A stretch of DNA of 64,000 nucleotides from a virus (lineage: Duplodnaviria; Heunggongvirae; Uroviricota; Caudoviricetes), in IMG/VR virus record IMGVR_UViG_2617271072_000004, positions 1 through 64,000 of that record, one strand, 5' to 3'. The stretch's first letter is position 1, and the number at the start of each line of letters is the position of its first letter. The position numbers were made by a program, and so were the translations under genes. Of this stretch, positions 1 to 7,696 are shown in pieces. Under the pieces are notes generated by a model. The model did no database searches. It was not told the origin of the DNA and saw only the letters and a list, made by a program, of their open reading frames with translations.

Positions 1-159
1 CACAAACTGGATTGATACAACAGGTGGGATATTATCTTTTAGCCGGCTGATGTTTCTGGCTCAGTAATTCAACAGAGATCGGATAGCACTAACTCGGTGG
101 GGGGGAGAGAATCTCGCCCTCGTAATATTGCATTTAATTACATCGTAAGAGCGGCATAG
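1..159 (+). CDS. tail-fibre variable C-terminal cassette, 3' fragment at window edge; frame broken upstream
   Basis: 61-159 translates to SVIQQRSDSTNSVGGRESRPRNIAFNYIVRAA-stop, identical to the C-terminus of minus-strand ORF 2194-2625; upstream bases differ from that copy only by run lengths. Confidence 0.45.
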
Positions 160-181
160 AAAACGTTGGTTTAGGAGAAGG
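156..181. other. cix/hix-like invertase crossover site at 5' end of cassette B
   Basis: Reverse complement reads CCTTCTCCTAAACCAACGTTTTCTAT, resembling the AAACC-AA-GGTTT core of Hin/Gin/Cin sites. Confidence 0.55.
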
Positions 182-629
182 CTCGGCGCTGCCCGTTGGT
201 GTACCTGTTCCGTGGCCCTCAGCCACACCTCCAACGGGGTGGCTGAAATGCAATGGTGCAGCATTTTCTTCTGAAAAGTACCCAAATCTGGCAAAGGCTT
301 ATCCCACCAATAAATTACCGGATTTACGCGGTGAGTTTATCCGTGGTTGGGATGATGGGCGAGGTGTGGATGCGGGAAGGGTCATCTTAAGCATACAGGG
401 GTGGTTAACAGGAAGTCATTATCATAATATTCGGTCATGGGACGCGTGGGATAACACGGTATTGGTGCCAAATGACAGAGGGGGGGATAGTCTGTTGTCG
501 ACAGATAACGCCGTCCAAGAAGGAGCGATTAATGGTAAATTTACCAGTCAATACAGAACGGAGTTATCTGGGGGGAATGAAACCCGCCCACGTAACATTG
601 CCTTCAATTATATTGTGAGAGCAGCATAA
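162..629 (+). CDS. tail-fibre variable C-terminal cassette B; no own start codon, expressed only when fused to the constant part
   Basis: Begins NVGLGEGSALPVGVPVPWP...GWLKCNGAAFS...LPDLRGEFIRGWDDGRG, ends RPRNIAFNYIVRAA; ORF track shows its 3' part 366-629. Confidence 0.6.
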   Translation, partial: NVGLGEGSALPVGVPVPWPSATPPTGWLKCNGAAFSSEKYPNLAKAYPTNKLPDLRGEFIRGWDDGRGVDAGRVILSIQGWLTGSHYHNIRSWDAWDNTVLVPNDRGGDSLLSTDNAVQEGAINGKFTSQYRTELSGGNETRPRNIAFNYIVRAA

Positions 630-1240
630 TGGATAATGCGATATTAAATAGCGAACTTATAGCCATACAGGCAGGAAACATTATCGTTTATAACTATGAT
701 GGTGGTAATCGGGAATATATTTCTGCATCAACTGAATATCTTGCTGTTGGCGTTGGTATTCCGGCAAATTCTTGTTTGGATGCTCCAGGCTCACATAAAG
801 CAGGTTATGCGATTCTCCGTTCAGAGGATTTAAGTTCATGGGAGTATGTGCCAGATCATCGTGGCGAAACTGTCTATAGCATTGACACTGGGAATCCCGA
901 AGAAATCACGGTGTTGGGTGACTATCCGGAAAATACAACCACTATCGCCCCGCTAACACCATACGACAAATGGGATGGAGAGAAATGGGTGGTTGATACT
1001 GAGGCTCAACATAGTGCAGCTGTAGAGGCAGCAGAAACAAAACGTCAGTCATTGATTGATACTGCGATGGATTCCATTAGTCTGATTCAGTTGAAATTAC
1101 GGGCTGGACGGAAGTTGACGCAGGCAGAAACCACGCAGCTTAACTCCGTGCTAGATTATATAGACGAGCTGAACGCGATGGATTTAACCACGGCACCAGA
1201 TCTCAACTGGCCTGAAAAACAACTTTCTACAGCCAGTTGA
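629..1240 (+). CDS. tail fibre assembly chaperone (Tfa/U family)
   Basis: 203 aa; C-terminal LNSVLDYIDELNAMDLTTAPDLNWPEK is the hallmark of Tfa proteins; start overlaps cassette B stop (TAATG). Confidence 0.85.
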   Translation: MDNAILNSELIAIQAGNIIVYNYDGGNREYISASTEYLAVGVGIPANSCLDAPGSHKAGYAILRSEDLSSWEYVPDHRGETVYSIDTGNPEEITVLGDYPENTTTIAPLTPYDKWDGEKWVVDTEAQHSAAVEAAETKRQSLIDTAMDSISLIQLKLRAGRKLTQAETTQLNSVLDYIDELNAMDLTTAPDLNWPEKQLSTAS

Positions 1241-1245
1241 TATAA

Positions 1246-1743
1246 TTAATCCGCCCTCACAATATAATTAAATGCAATATTACGAGGGCGGGTTTCTAAG
1301 CCAGCAGTACCTAAATTAGCTACGGACTGTTTATATGTTTTAAAAGTTCCATAATTAGGGGCTGGCAATCCTGCATCGCTTGTGTTCCCCCATCTGATAA
1401 CTCCCGTATTACCACTAGTAGCCCATGCCTCGTCAAAGTAGAAATTAATTGAGCGGTCAGTTGCTACGGTTGATTTTGACGGTAATCCGTGAGCATGATC
1501 CTCCGTTGCATATCCTTGCTCGCTTAAAATAGAGCGACCAGAGTCAATCCCTCGCCCATCATCCCAACCACGGATAAACTCACCGCGTAAATCAGGTAAT
1601 TTTAACGTTGGATAAACCTTTGCCAGATTTGGGTACTTTTCAGAAGAAAATGCTGCACCATTGCATTTCAGCCAGCCCGTAGGTGGTGTTTCTAAGGGCC
1701 ACGGAACGGGCACGCCAACGGGCAATGCAGAGCCTTCCCCCAA
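1246..1743 (-). CDS. tail-fibre variable C-terminal cassette C
   Basis: Same conserved N-part and RPRNIAFNYIVRAD end, distinct middle. Confidence 0.6.
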   Translation of the reverse strand: MGEGSALPVGVPVPWPLETPPTGWLKCNGAAFSSEKYPNLAKVYPTLKLPDLRGEFIRGWDDGRGIDSGRSILSEQGYATEDHAHGLPSKSTVATDRSINFYFDEAWATSGNTGVIRWGNTSDAGLPAPNYGTFKTYKQSVANLGTAGLETRPRNIAFNYIVRAD

Positions 1744-1760
1744 ACCAACGTTTTTTATGC
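1734..1760. other. cix-like crossover site at 5' end of cassette C
   Basis: CCTTCCCCCAAACCAACGTTTTTTATGC. Confidence 0.55.
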
Positions 1761-2187
1761 CGCCCTTACGATGTAATTAAATGCGATATTTCGCGGCCTG
1801 ACAGCAACAAAATTTATACCATCACCTACAGAGTTACTGGTGAAATTAAATCGTGAAAATCCTGGCTGATTTCCGACGATGCCATCATGAAAATTAATTG
1901 CGTGCCCCGCACCATCGCCTATATTTCCGGCACGCTGAGAAAAGTTTGTAGCCTCTTGGCTGCTTAATAATGCTCGCCCATTGTCCACACCTCGTCCATC
2001 ATCCCAACCTCGAATAAATTCTCCCCGTAGATCCGGCAATTTATTGGTGGGGTAAACCTTTGCCAGATTTGGGTACTTTTCAGAAGAAAATGCTGCTCCG
2101 TTACATTTCAGCCACCCCGTTGGTGGTGTGGCGGAGGGCCATGGAACAGGTACACCAACGGGCAGCGCCGAGCCTTCCCCTAAACCA
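1755..2187 (-). CDS. tail-fibre variable C-terminal cassette D (apparent frameshift; ORF track shows only 1755-2039)
   Basis: 2040-2187 encodes the conserved NVGLGEGSALPVGVPVPWPSATPPTGWLKCNGAAFSSEKYPNLAKVYPTNK segment in another frame. Confidence 0.5.
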
Positions 2188-2199
2188 ACGTTTCTATGC
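2174..2199. other. cix-like crossover site at 5' end of cassette D
   Basis: CCTTCCCCTAAACCAACGTTTCTATGC. Confidence 0.55.
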
Positions 2200-2625
2200 C
2201 GCTCTTACGATGTAATTAAATGCAATATTACGAGGGCGAGATTCTCTCCCCCCCACCGAGTTAGTGCTATCCGATCTCTGTTGAATTACTGAGCCAGAAA
2301 CATCAGCGGCTAAAAGATAATATCCACCTGTTGTATCAAATCCAGTTTGTGCCCATGTTCTTTCGAAATAATGACTATGTGATTTAAATTCATCTGTTTG
2401 AGTTGATAATAACGCGCGCCCACTATCCACTCCACGCCCATCATCCCAACCACGGATAAACTCACCGCGTAAATCCGGCAATTTATTGGTGGGGTAAGCC
2501 CTTGCCAGATTTGGGTACATTTCAGAAGAAAATGCTGCGCCGTTACATTTCAGCCACCCTGCTGGCGGTGTGGCTGAGGGCCACGGAACAGGCACACCAA
2601 CGGGCAGCGCAGAGCCTTCCCCCAA
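2194..2625 (-). CDS. tail-fibre variable C-terminal cassette E
   Basis: 143 aa with conserved N-part and RPRNIAFNYIVRAA end; near-identical to fragment at 1-159. Confidence 0.6.
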   Translation of the reverse strand: MGEGSALPVGVPVPWPSATPPAGWLKCNGAAFSSEMYPNLARAYPTNKLPDLRGEFIRGWDDGRGVDSGRALLSTQTDEFKSHSHYFERTWAQTGFDTTGGYYLLAADVSGSVIQQRSDSTNSVGGRESRPRNIAFNYIVRAA

Positions 2626-2641
2626 ACCAACGTTTTAGTCT
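2616..2641. other. cix-like crossover site next to cin
   Basis: CCTTCCCCCAAACCAACGTTTTAGTC. Confidence 0.55.
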
Positions 2642-2696
2642 TAATCCCTACCTATACCAACGATGTATTTTTAACTAAACAAAGAGGTTGTTTTTC

Positions 2697-3269
2697 ATGC
2701 AAATTGGCTACATTCGTGTGTCAACAAATGACCAAAACACAGATTTACAAAGAAATGCACTGAACTGCGCAGGATGTGAACTGATTTTTGAAGATAAAAT
2801 AAGCGGAACAAAGTCAGCCAGACCAGGCTTGAAAAAGCTGCTCAGAACGTTATCAGAAGGAGATACGCTGGTTGTCTGGAAGCTGGATAGGCTTGGCAGA
2901 AGTATGAAACACCTTATCACGCTTATAGAGGAGTTGCGGGAAAAAGGTGTTAATTTCCGTAGTCTGACAGACAGTATTGACACATCAACACCCATGGGGC
3001 GTTTCTTTTTTCACGTCATGGGGGCTTTAGCAGAAATGGAACGTGAATTAATTGTTGAGAGAACACTGGCCGGACTGGCAGCTGCACGCGAACAGGGACG
3101 CATTGGCGGACGTCGCCCGAAGTTGACAAAAGAACAACATGAGCAAATAGCGAGGTTGATCGAAAATGGCTACAGCAGGAAACAGTTGGCAATTATTTAC
3201 GATATCGGTGTATCGACGATTTATCGTTATCATCCTGTAGAGAAGCGCCAAACTCAATCTGAGCTGTAA
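2697..3269 (+). CDS. cin: serine DNA invertase (Hin/Gin/Cin/Pin family)
   Basis: MQIGYIRVSTNDQNTDLQ with catalytic-serine motif and C-terminal HTH; AAAGAGG RBS before ATG 2697 (ORF track starts at upstream TTG 2688). Confidence 0.95.
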   Translation: MQIGYIRVSTNDQNTDLQRNALNCAGCELIFEDKISGTKSARPGLKKLLRTLSEGDTLVVWKLDRLGRSMKHLITLIEELREKGVNFRSLTDSIDTSTPMGRFFFHVMGALAEMERELIVERTLAGLAAAREQGRIGGRRPKLTKEQHEQIARLIENGYSRKQLAIIYDIGVSTIYRYHPVEKRQTQSEL

Positions 3270-3704
3270 TTCTAATGCCGCGTCGGTGTAATTTATCTTG
3301 ATAGAATAGGTACATTTATCGCGCGGCACATCAATTCGATGTATCTAGCGCCTGCTGACCGCTAATGAAAACTGTCCTCGAAATGTTGTCCCTAGTCCGA
3401 GACTAGGGTATCACCTCTGGAAAGCATACGCAGAACCTTTTTTAACCCAGGGTGCCCAGCCTTTTTGCTGCTCGCCTTATTCGCAAAAATTAGCTCACAT
3501 CCTGCGCTTTCAAGTGCTTTTCACTGCATAGCTGTGTTTTGTTCATTTGTCTATATGCGTACATAGCCTATTAGCATATTTTCTGCCCACTATCGTTATT
3601 TATTGCAAGCTACTGGTTTTAATTAACAAAACCAGTGTGTGTGGAAATCACAAAGTGCATACCGTTCTCAAATGTTGTTCAACTTACTGTTGTATAGGTA
3701 AAAA

Positions 3705-3968
3705 ATGACATTTTATGTACATATCGTGATGTTATCCCTTCTTGGTGGGGTGTATTCGTATTTGAGTGGGCTATGTGAAAACCGTTACGAGTCTTCATGC
3801 AAGAAATTGCTGGCCGAATGTATTTCCGCCGTACTTGCTGGCTTTATTGGCATGTATCTCGCGGAATATAAGGACATGAATGAAAGCCTTCAGAGCTGCA
3901 TGGTTCTTATTTTTAGCGCCAATAGCAGGCTTATTATTGAAGGTTCCAAAAGTCGGTTGAATAGGTAA
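3705..3968 (+). CDS. small hydrophobic protein, possible holin-like
   Basis: 87-aa ORF with hydrophobic segments upstream of lydA. Confidence 0.4.
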   Translation: MTFYVHIVMLSLLGGVYSYLSGLCENRYESSCKKLLAECISAVLAGFIGMYLAEYKDMNESLQSCMVLIFSANSRLIIEGSKSRLNR

Positions 3969-4042
3969 GTCTCTTATGCAACATAACCGGTTGAGAAGTT
4001 ACTTTGCATACCATTACCTCCTGACAACGTAGGAGGGAACTT

Positions 4043-4372
4043 GTGCTTGACACACAGGAATTAGCTCCAGTTGCTATTGCGCTCCTGCTTTCAGTAATTG
4101 GTGGGATAGGCACGTTCCTGATGGATGTCCGAGACGGTCGCCAGTCTGGCAATTTGTTGGGATTGGTTACGGAGATCTTTGTTGCAGTGACAGCTGGCGC
4201 GGTGGCGTACCTATTGGGGCAACATGAGGGCTGGGAGTTATCAATTACGTACTTAATGGTAACGATAGCCAGCAATAACGGTCATGAGGTGATTTCAGGG
4301 ATGAAACGAGTGAATATCGATAGCATTCTGAATGTTCTTACAAGTTTGGTGAAAAAGGGAGGTGGGAAATGA
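4043..4372 (+). CDS. lydA: holin
   Basis: 109 aa, hydrophobic; GTG start after AGGAGGG RBS; symbol assigned by P1 gene order. Confidence 0.55.
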   Translation: MLDTQELAPVAIALLLSVIGGIGTFLMDVRDGRQSGNLLGLVTEIFVAVTAGAVAYLLGQHEGWELSITYLMVTIASNNGHEVISGMKRVNIDSILNVLTSLVKKGGGK

Positions 4373-4812
4373 TTGGCTGGGGTGTATGCGTTCTTGCGTT
4401 AGCCTTAGCCGATCGCTATTTGCTAAAACGCAAGGACATCACGCATTTAGAACTTGGTGATGTGGAAATTAAACCGGGTTTCATCCGGGTGCCGTTCAAA
4501 TACCGGTCTAAATTCCCGTTTTTGCGCGGCGCAACGGTCAGATATTGGATCCGCGATGTTCAGAAGCCGACGACTGTGATTGAAGGCGAACAACGTTGTC
4601 TGACGTCGGCTGAACAGGGCGAAAACAGTGAATGGTTGTACATACCCACTGAATATATGGGTAAAGGAGAACGGCTGTGGCATTTCAACGTCATGGTTAC
4701 GCATGGCGACTCGTTCATTAACCCGTTGTATCGGATTTTCCCTGTTACTCAGCAAATCCGCAGAAGTTACGTAATAAATCTCGCACAGGATGTGTCAGAT
4801 GACGAAAAATAA
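4369..4812 (+). CDS. lydB: antiholin
   Basis: 147 aa, start overlaps lydA stop; symbol assigned by P1 gene order. Confidence 0.55.
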   Translation: MIGWGVCVLALALADRYLLKRKDITHLELGDVEIKPGFIRVPFKYRSKFPFLRGATVRYWIRDVQKPTTVIEGEQRCLTSAEQGENSEWLYIPTEYMGKGERLWHFNVMVTHGDSFINPLYRIFPVTQQIRRSYVINLAQDVSDDEK

Positions 4813-5401
4813 GTATGCAACGGTCGATTTTGACCAGGTTAATGAAAAGGGGCTGAAATCCCTTATCGCGGCGATCAATAAAACCGGTGTTACGGTAATT
4901 GAGGTTGACTCCAGCAACCGCGCAACAACGAAAGATGGCGTTAAAGTTAAAACCGCAAAGCTGGTTCTTAACGACGGACAAATTCTTGCCATACAGGTAA
5001 ACGATACTGGCGATATATCGTCTGTGAGGCTGAATGGAAAAGCTATTCCTAACGCTCAGTCGCCGGATATCAAGACGCTTGGTACCGTCATGGGGCAAGC
5101 GGCCCGCAAAAACTCCGCAAAATTCCAGAAATCACTGATCGCCAAAGCGAAACGTGTTGCCAATCCGGTAGACAAGAAACCGGCAGTAAAATCCAACTTT
5201 CAGCGCCTGCAAGAGGCAAAACAGCGGAATGCTCAGGTGGTTGCCGCTTATAAATCAGCGCAGAACTCGGTGTCTTTCAATCAACAGCAGATCACTGATT
5301 TGCGGGCGAAGCTGGATAAGGAGACAGGCCGACTCAATAACGAAAAGGCCCGAAATGGCGAACTCAAACGCCGTCTTAAGCAACTGAAAGCAGGAAATTA
5401 A
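4799..5401 (+). CDS. hdf: Hdf, homologue of a DarA fragment
   Basis: Contains ARKNSAKFQKSLIAKAKR, matching EKNSAKFQRAQKKKKA in DarA; directly upstream of darA. Confidence 0.7.
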   Translation: MTKNKYATVDFDQVNEKGLKSLIAAINKTGVTVIEVDSSNRATTKDGVKVKTAKLVLNDGQILAIQVNDTGDISSVRLNGKAIPNAQSPDIKTLGTVMGQAARKNSAKFQKSLIAKAKRVANPVDKKPAVKSNFQRLQEAKQRNAQVVAAYKSAQNSVSFNQQQITDLRAKLDKETGRLNNEKARNGELKRRLKQLKAGN

Positions 5402-5402
5402 C

Positions 5403-7322
5403 ATGGAACAGTTCAATATCAATAAAGGGGTGACGATCAAGCCTGGGCTTGACGTGCTTCCCCCGCCAGTGACTGATGATGAATATCGCGCATTAATGGC
5501 CGGTGAGGACCGCTATCTGATGACGGAATCCAACACCCTGGAGGAAATCGAGGCTACGTTCTTCTATGACACGCCGATCCACTGGTGTGCTACGGATTTA
5601 CTGGAGGCGATTAGTTCTACTCGTTTGCAGTTACACCGGACCATGCAGGCATTTGTCCGGGCATTAAACCAGAAGCTGAATGGTACCGGAATCTCTGCGG
5701 GGAGTGATAAAACGGGGGATGTGGCCCAGAACGGTGCACGCGCGATCGGCGGGGCTGAAATTGGCCGGGCACGTAACGTTAACGGGCTGCCGGTCCTGCC
5801 AGCCATTATTCCGCTCAGTGATGGTCAGACTATCAGCATTCTGTTTCATAGCCCGACAGCGGAAAACCGGATCACCAATAGCGATACGCTGATTGCTTTC
5901 CAGTTCTTACTGAATAAAAAAGACGTTACTCATACCGTTGCTCCGATGAGTGGACGTGATATGACGCTGGCGCAGGTCACCATGAAACTTGCCAACCTTG
6001 CAGAGAAAAACTCGGCAAAATTCCAGCGTGCGCAGAAGAAGAAAAAAGCCCTGGTTGATGAAATAACCCAACTACAGGCTGACAGTGACCAGAAAGAGGA
6101 TGCCATGAGCGACCTCGCGGATCAGGTGGCAGCGGTAGAAGGGCAGAAGGTAGATCTGGAGCAGAAAATTAACGCTGTTGCATCGGAAGCGGATTCTCTT
6201 TATGAAGAGAATGAGCGTTTGCAGACGGAGATTGATCAGCTCAATCGCACTGGTGGGCGCGAAACCATTGCTCCTGCGGGGATGACTGGTGGACACTCTC
6301 GCGCGATGACGGATCGCCTTGCAAGTATCAAAAATCGTATGCATATGAACGGGGAAGTGACGCTCAGTAATGGTGCATCAATGAAGCAATTCATTGAGGA
6401 CGGTGAAGGGTATATCCAGTTAACCGATTCGGATGGCAGCGTGTACATGATCAAGGCTAAATCCATACAGGGTGTGGACATGGCAGATGCGATCGGCAAG
6501 CTGTTTAAAGCCTATAAAGCGGGTAATGTATCGGAATACCTGGTCCAACCAGAAGAACATAAACCGGAAAACGTCGAACCTGAACCAGCGGAGGATACCG
6601 GTAGCTCTTCGCCTGAACCAGAAGTCTCTATAGGTGCATATCGATATGCCCTGCAAATGCGTCCGGCGGCCCCTGGCGCAATACCTGAAGGTAACAAAGC
6701 AATTCTGCCGCGCCCTGATGAAGGTGACCCGTATTATGAATATGCACGCTACGGCATTGCTACTTACGATACCCCGCTTTCTGATCAGCAAATGAGTGAG
6801 TACGACCTGAAGTTATTGCCTCGCGAGGATTCTTTCGACTTCCTGGCGAAGACACTTACTAATGGTCCGTTTGGCAAATATGCACAAAAAGCTCTGGAGC
6901 TGGCCACCAGCTCACCAGACGAGTTCCGCGTAATGCTGAAAACTCAGTTTCAAAAAACTTTCCCCAATATTGCGTTTCCTGGGGGCGCTGGCACCGAGAA
7001 AATGGTGCAGAGCATGATCAATGCATTGCAGGCCGAAGTCGGTGAGATTACTCAGCCAGAACCGGCCCCGGCACAGCCTGATGAAATGGTTAGCGAAGCA
7101 GATGCAGAGGCTAATAAAGCCATTGAATATCTCAATAACGTGATGGATATACAAAGCACTGACATGGCGGAGATCCGTAACGCCCGGGGCAATGTCCGGG
7201 AAGCGATTGCAGCCCTTCAGGCTGCCGGACGTTTTGAGGAAAACGAAGAGCTGGTTAACGGCGCAGCTCGCCACCTGGCTGATCTGCTGGTAGCAATCCA
7301 GAAAGCGGGGGTAGCGGCATGA
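5403..7322 (+). CDS. darA: virion-packaged antirestriction protein DarA
   Basis: 639 aa, the size of P1 DarA; synteny hdf-darA-ddrA-ddrB. Confidence 0.8.
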   Translation: MEQFNINKGVTIKPGLDVLPPPVTDDEYRALMAGEDRYLMTESNTLEEIEATFFYDTPIHWCATDLLEAISSTRLQLHRTMQAFVRALNQKLNGTGISAGSDKTGDVAQNGARAIGGAEIGRARNVNGLPVLPAIIPLSDGQTISILFHSPTAENRITNSDTLIAFQFLLNKKDVTHTVAPMSGRDMTLAQVTMKLANLAEKNSAKFQRAQKKKKALVDEITQLQADSDQKEDAMSDLADQVAAVEGQKVDLEQKINAVASEADSLYEENERLQTEIDQLNRTGGRETIAPAGMTGGHSRAMTDRLASIKNRMHMNGEVTLSNGASMKQFIEDGEGYIQLTDSDGSVYMIKAKSIQGVDMADAIGKLFKAYKAGNVSEYLVQPEEHKPENVEPEPAEDTGSSSPEPEVSIGAYRYALQMRPAAPGAIPEGNKAILPRPDEGDPYYEYARYGIATYDTPLSDQQMSEYDLKLLPREDSFDFLAKTLTNGPFGKYAQKALELATSSPDEFRVMLKTQFQKTFPNIAFPGGAGTEKMVQSMINALQAEVGEITQPEPAPAQPDEMVSEADAEANKAIEYLNNVMDIQSTDMAEIRNARGNVREAIAALQAAGRFEENEELVNGAARHLADLLVAIQKAGVAA

Positions 7323-7684
7323 CACTATCAGCTATTGAGTTAATGGATCTCAGCGATAAGTTGGATGCTCTGATGTCCAAAGCGGCAACCGCGAGTGGCA
7401 TGGAGTTGCTGGATATCAGCGATGAAATTGACCAGATCATGCAACAGATGGGGTACGGCGCGTCCGGCGGTGGTAGTGGCGAGGAAAAACAACCTTCGGA
7501 ACATGATGGTGTGCCAAAACTGGTTGCTGATTTCCTGGCTGATAAATTCGTCGATCAGAGCACAGATGCATTTATCGGTACCTTGCAGGACTTGAGTCAA
7601 TATGTTGGCACATACATCGACCTGGACCAGGTTAAACAGCACACGGCGGCATGGATAGCCGCCAACATTAAAGAGGCAGCATAA
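7319..7684 (+). CDS. ddrA: DdrA
   Basis: 121 aa, overlaps darA stop. Confidence 0.65.
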   Translation: MTLSAIELMDLSDKLDALMSKAATASGMELLDISDEIDQIMQQMGYGASGGGSGEEKQPSEHDGVPKLVADFLADKFVDQSTDAFIGTLQDLSQYVGTYIDLDQVKQHTAAWIAANIKEAA

Positions 7685-7696
7685 GGCGTAACAGGG

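Noticed and set aside
61-294. 77-codon minus-strand ORF at the left edge
   Set aside because: Antisense to a tail-fibre cassette end and its conserved 5' region; no independent support.
366-629. ORF-track ORF as an independent gene starting at an internal ATG
   Set aside because: It is the 3' part of cassette B, whose conserved 5' region extends upstream to the crossover site.
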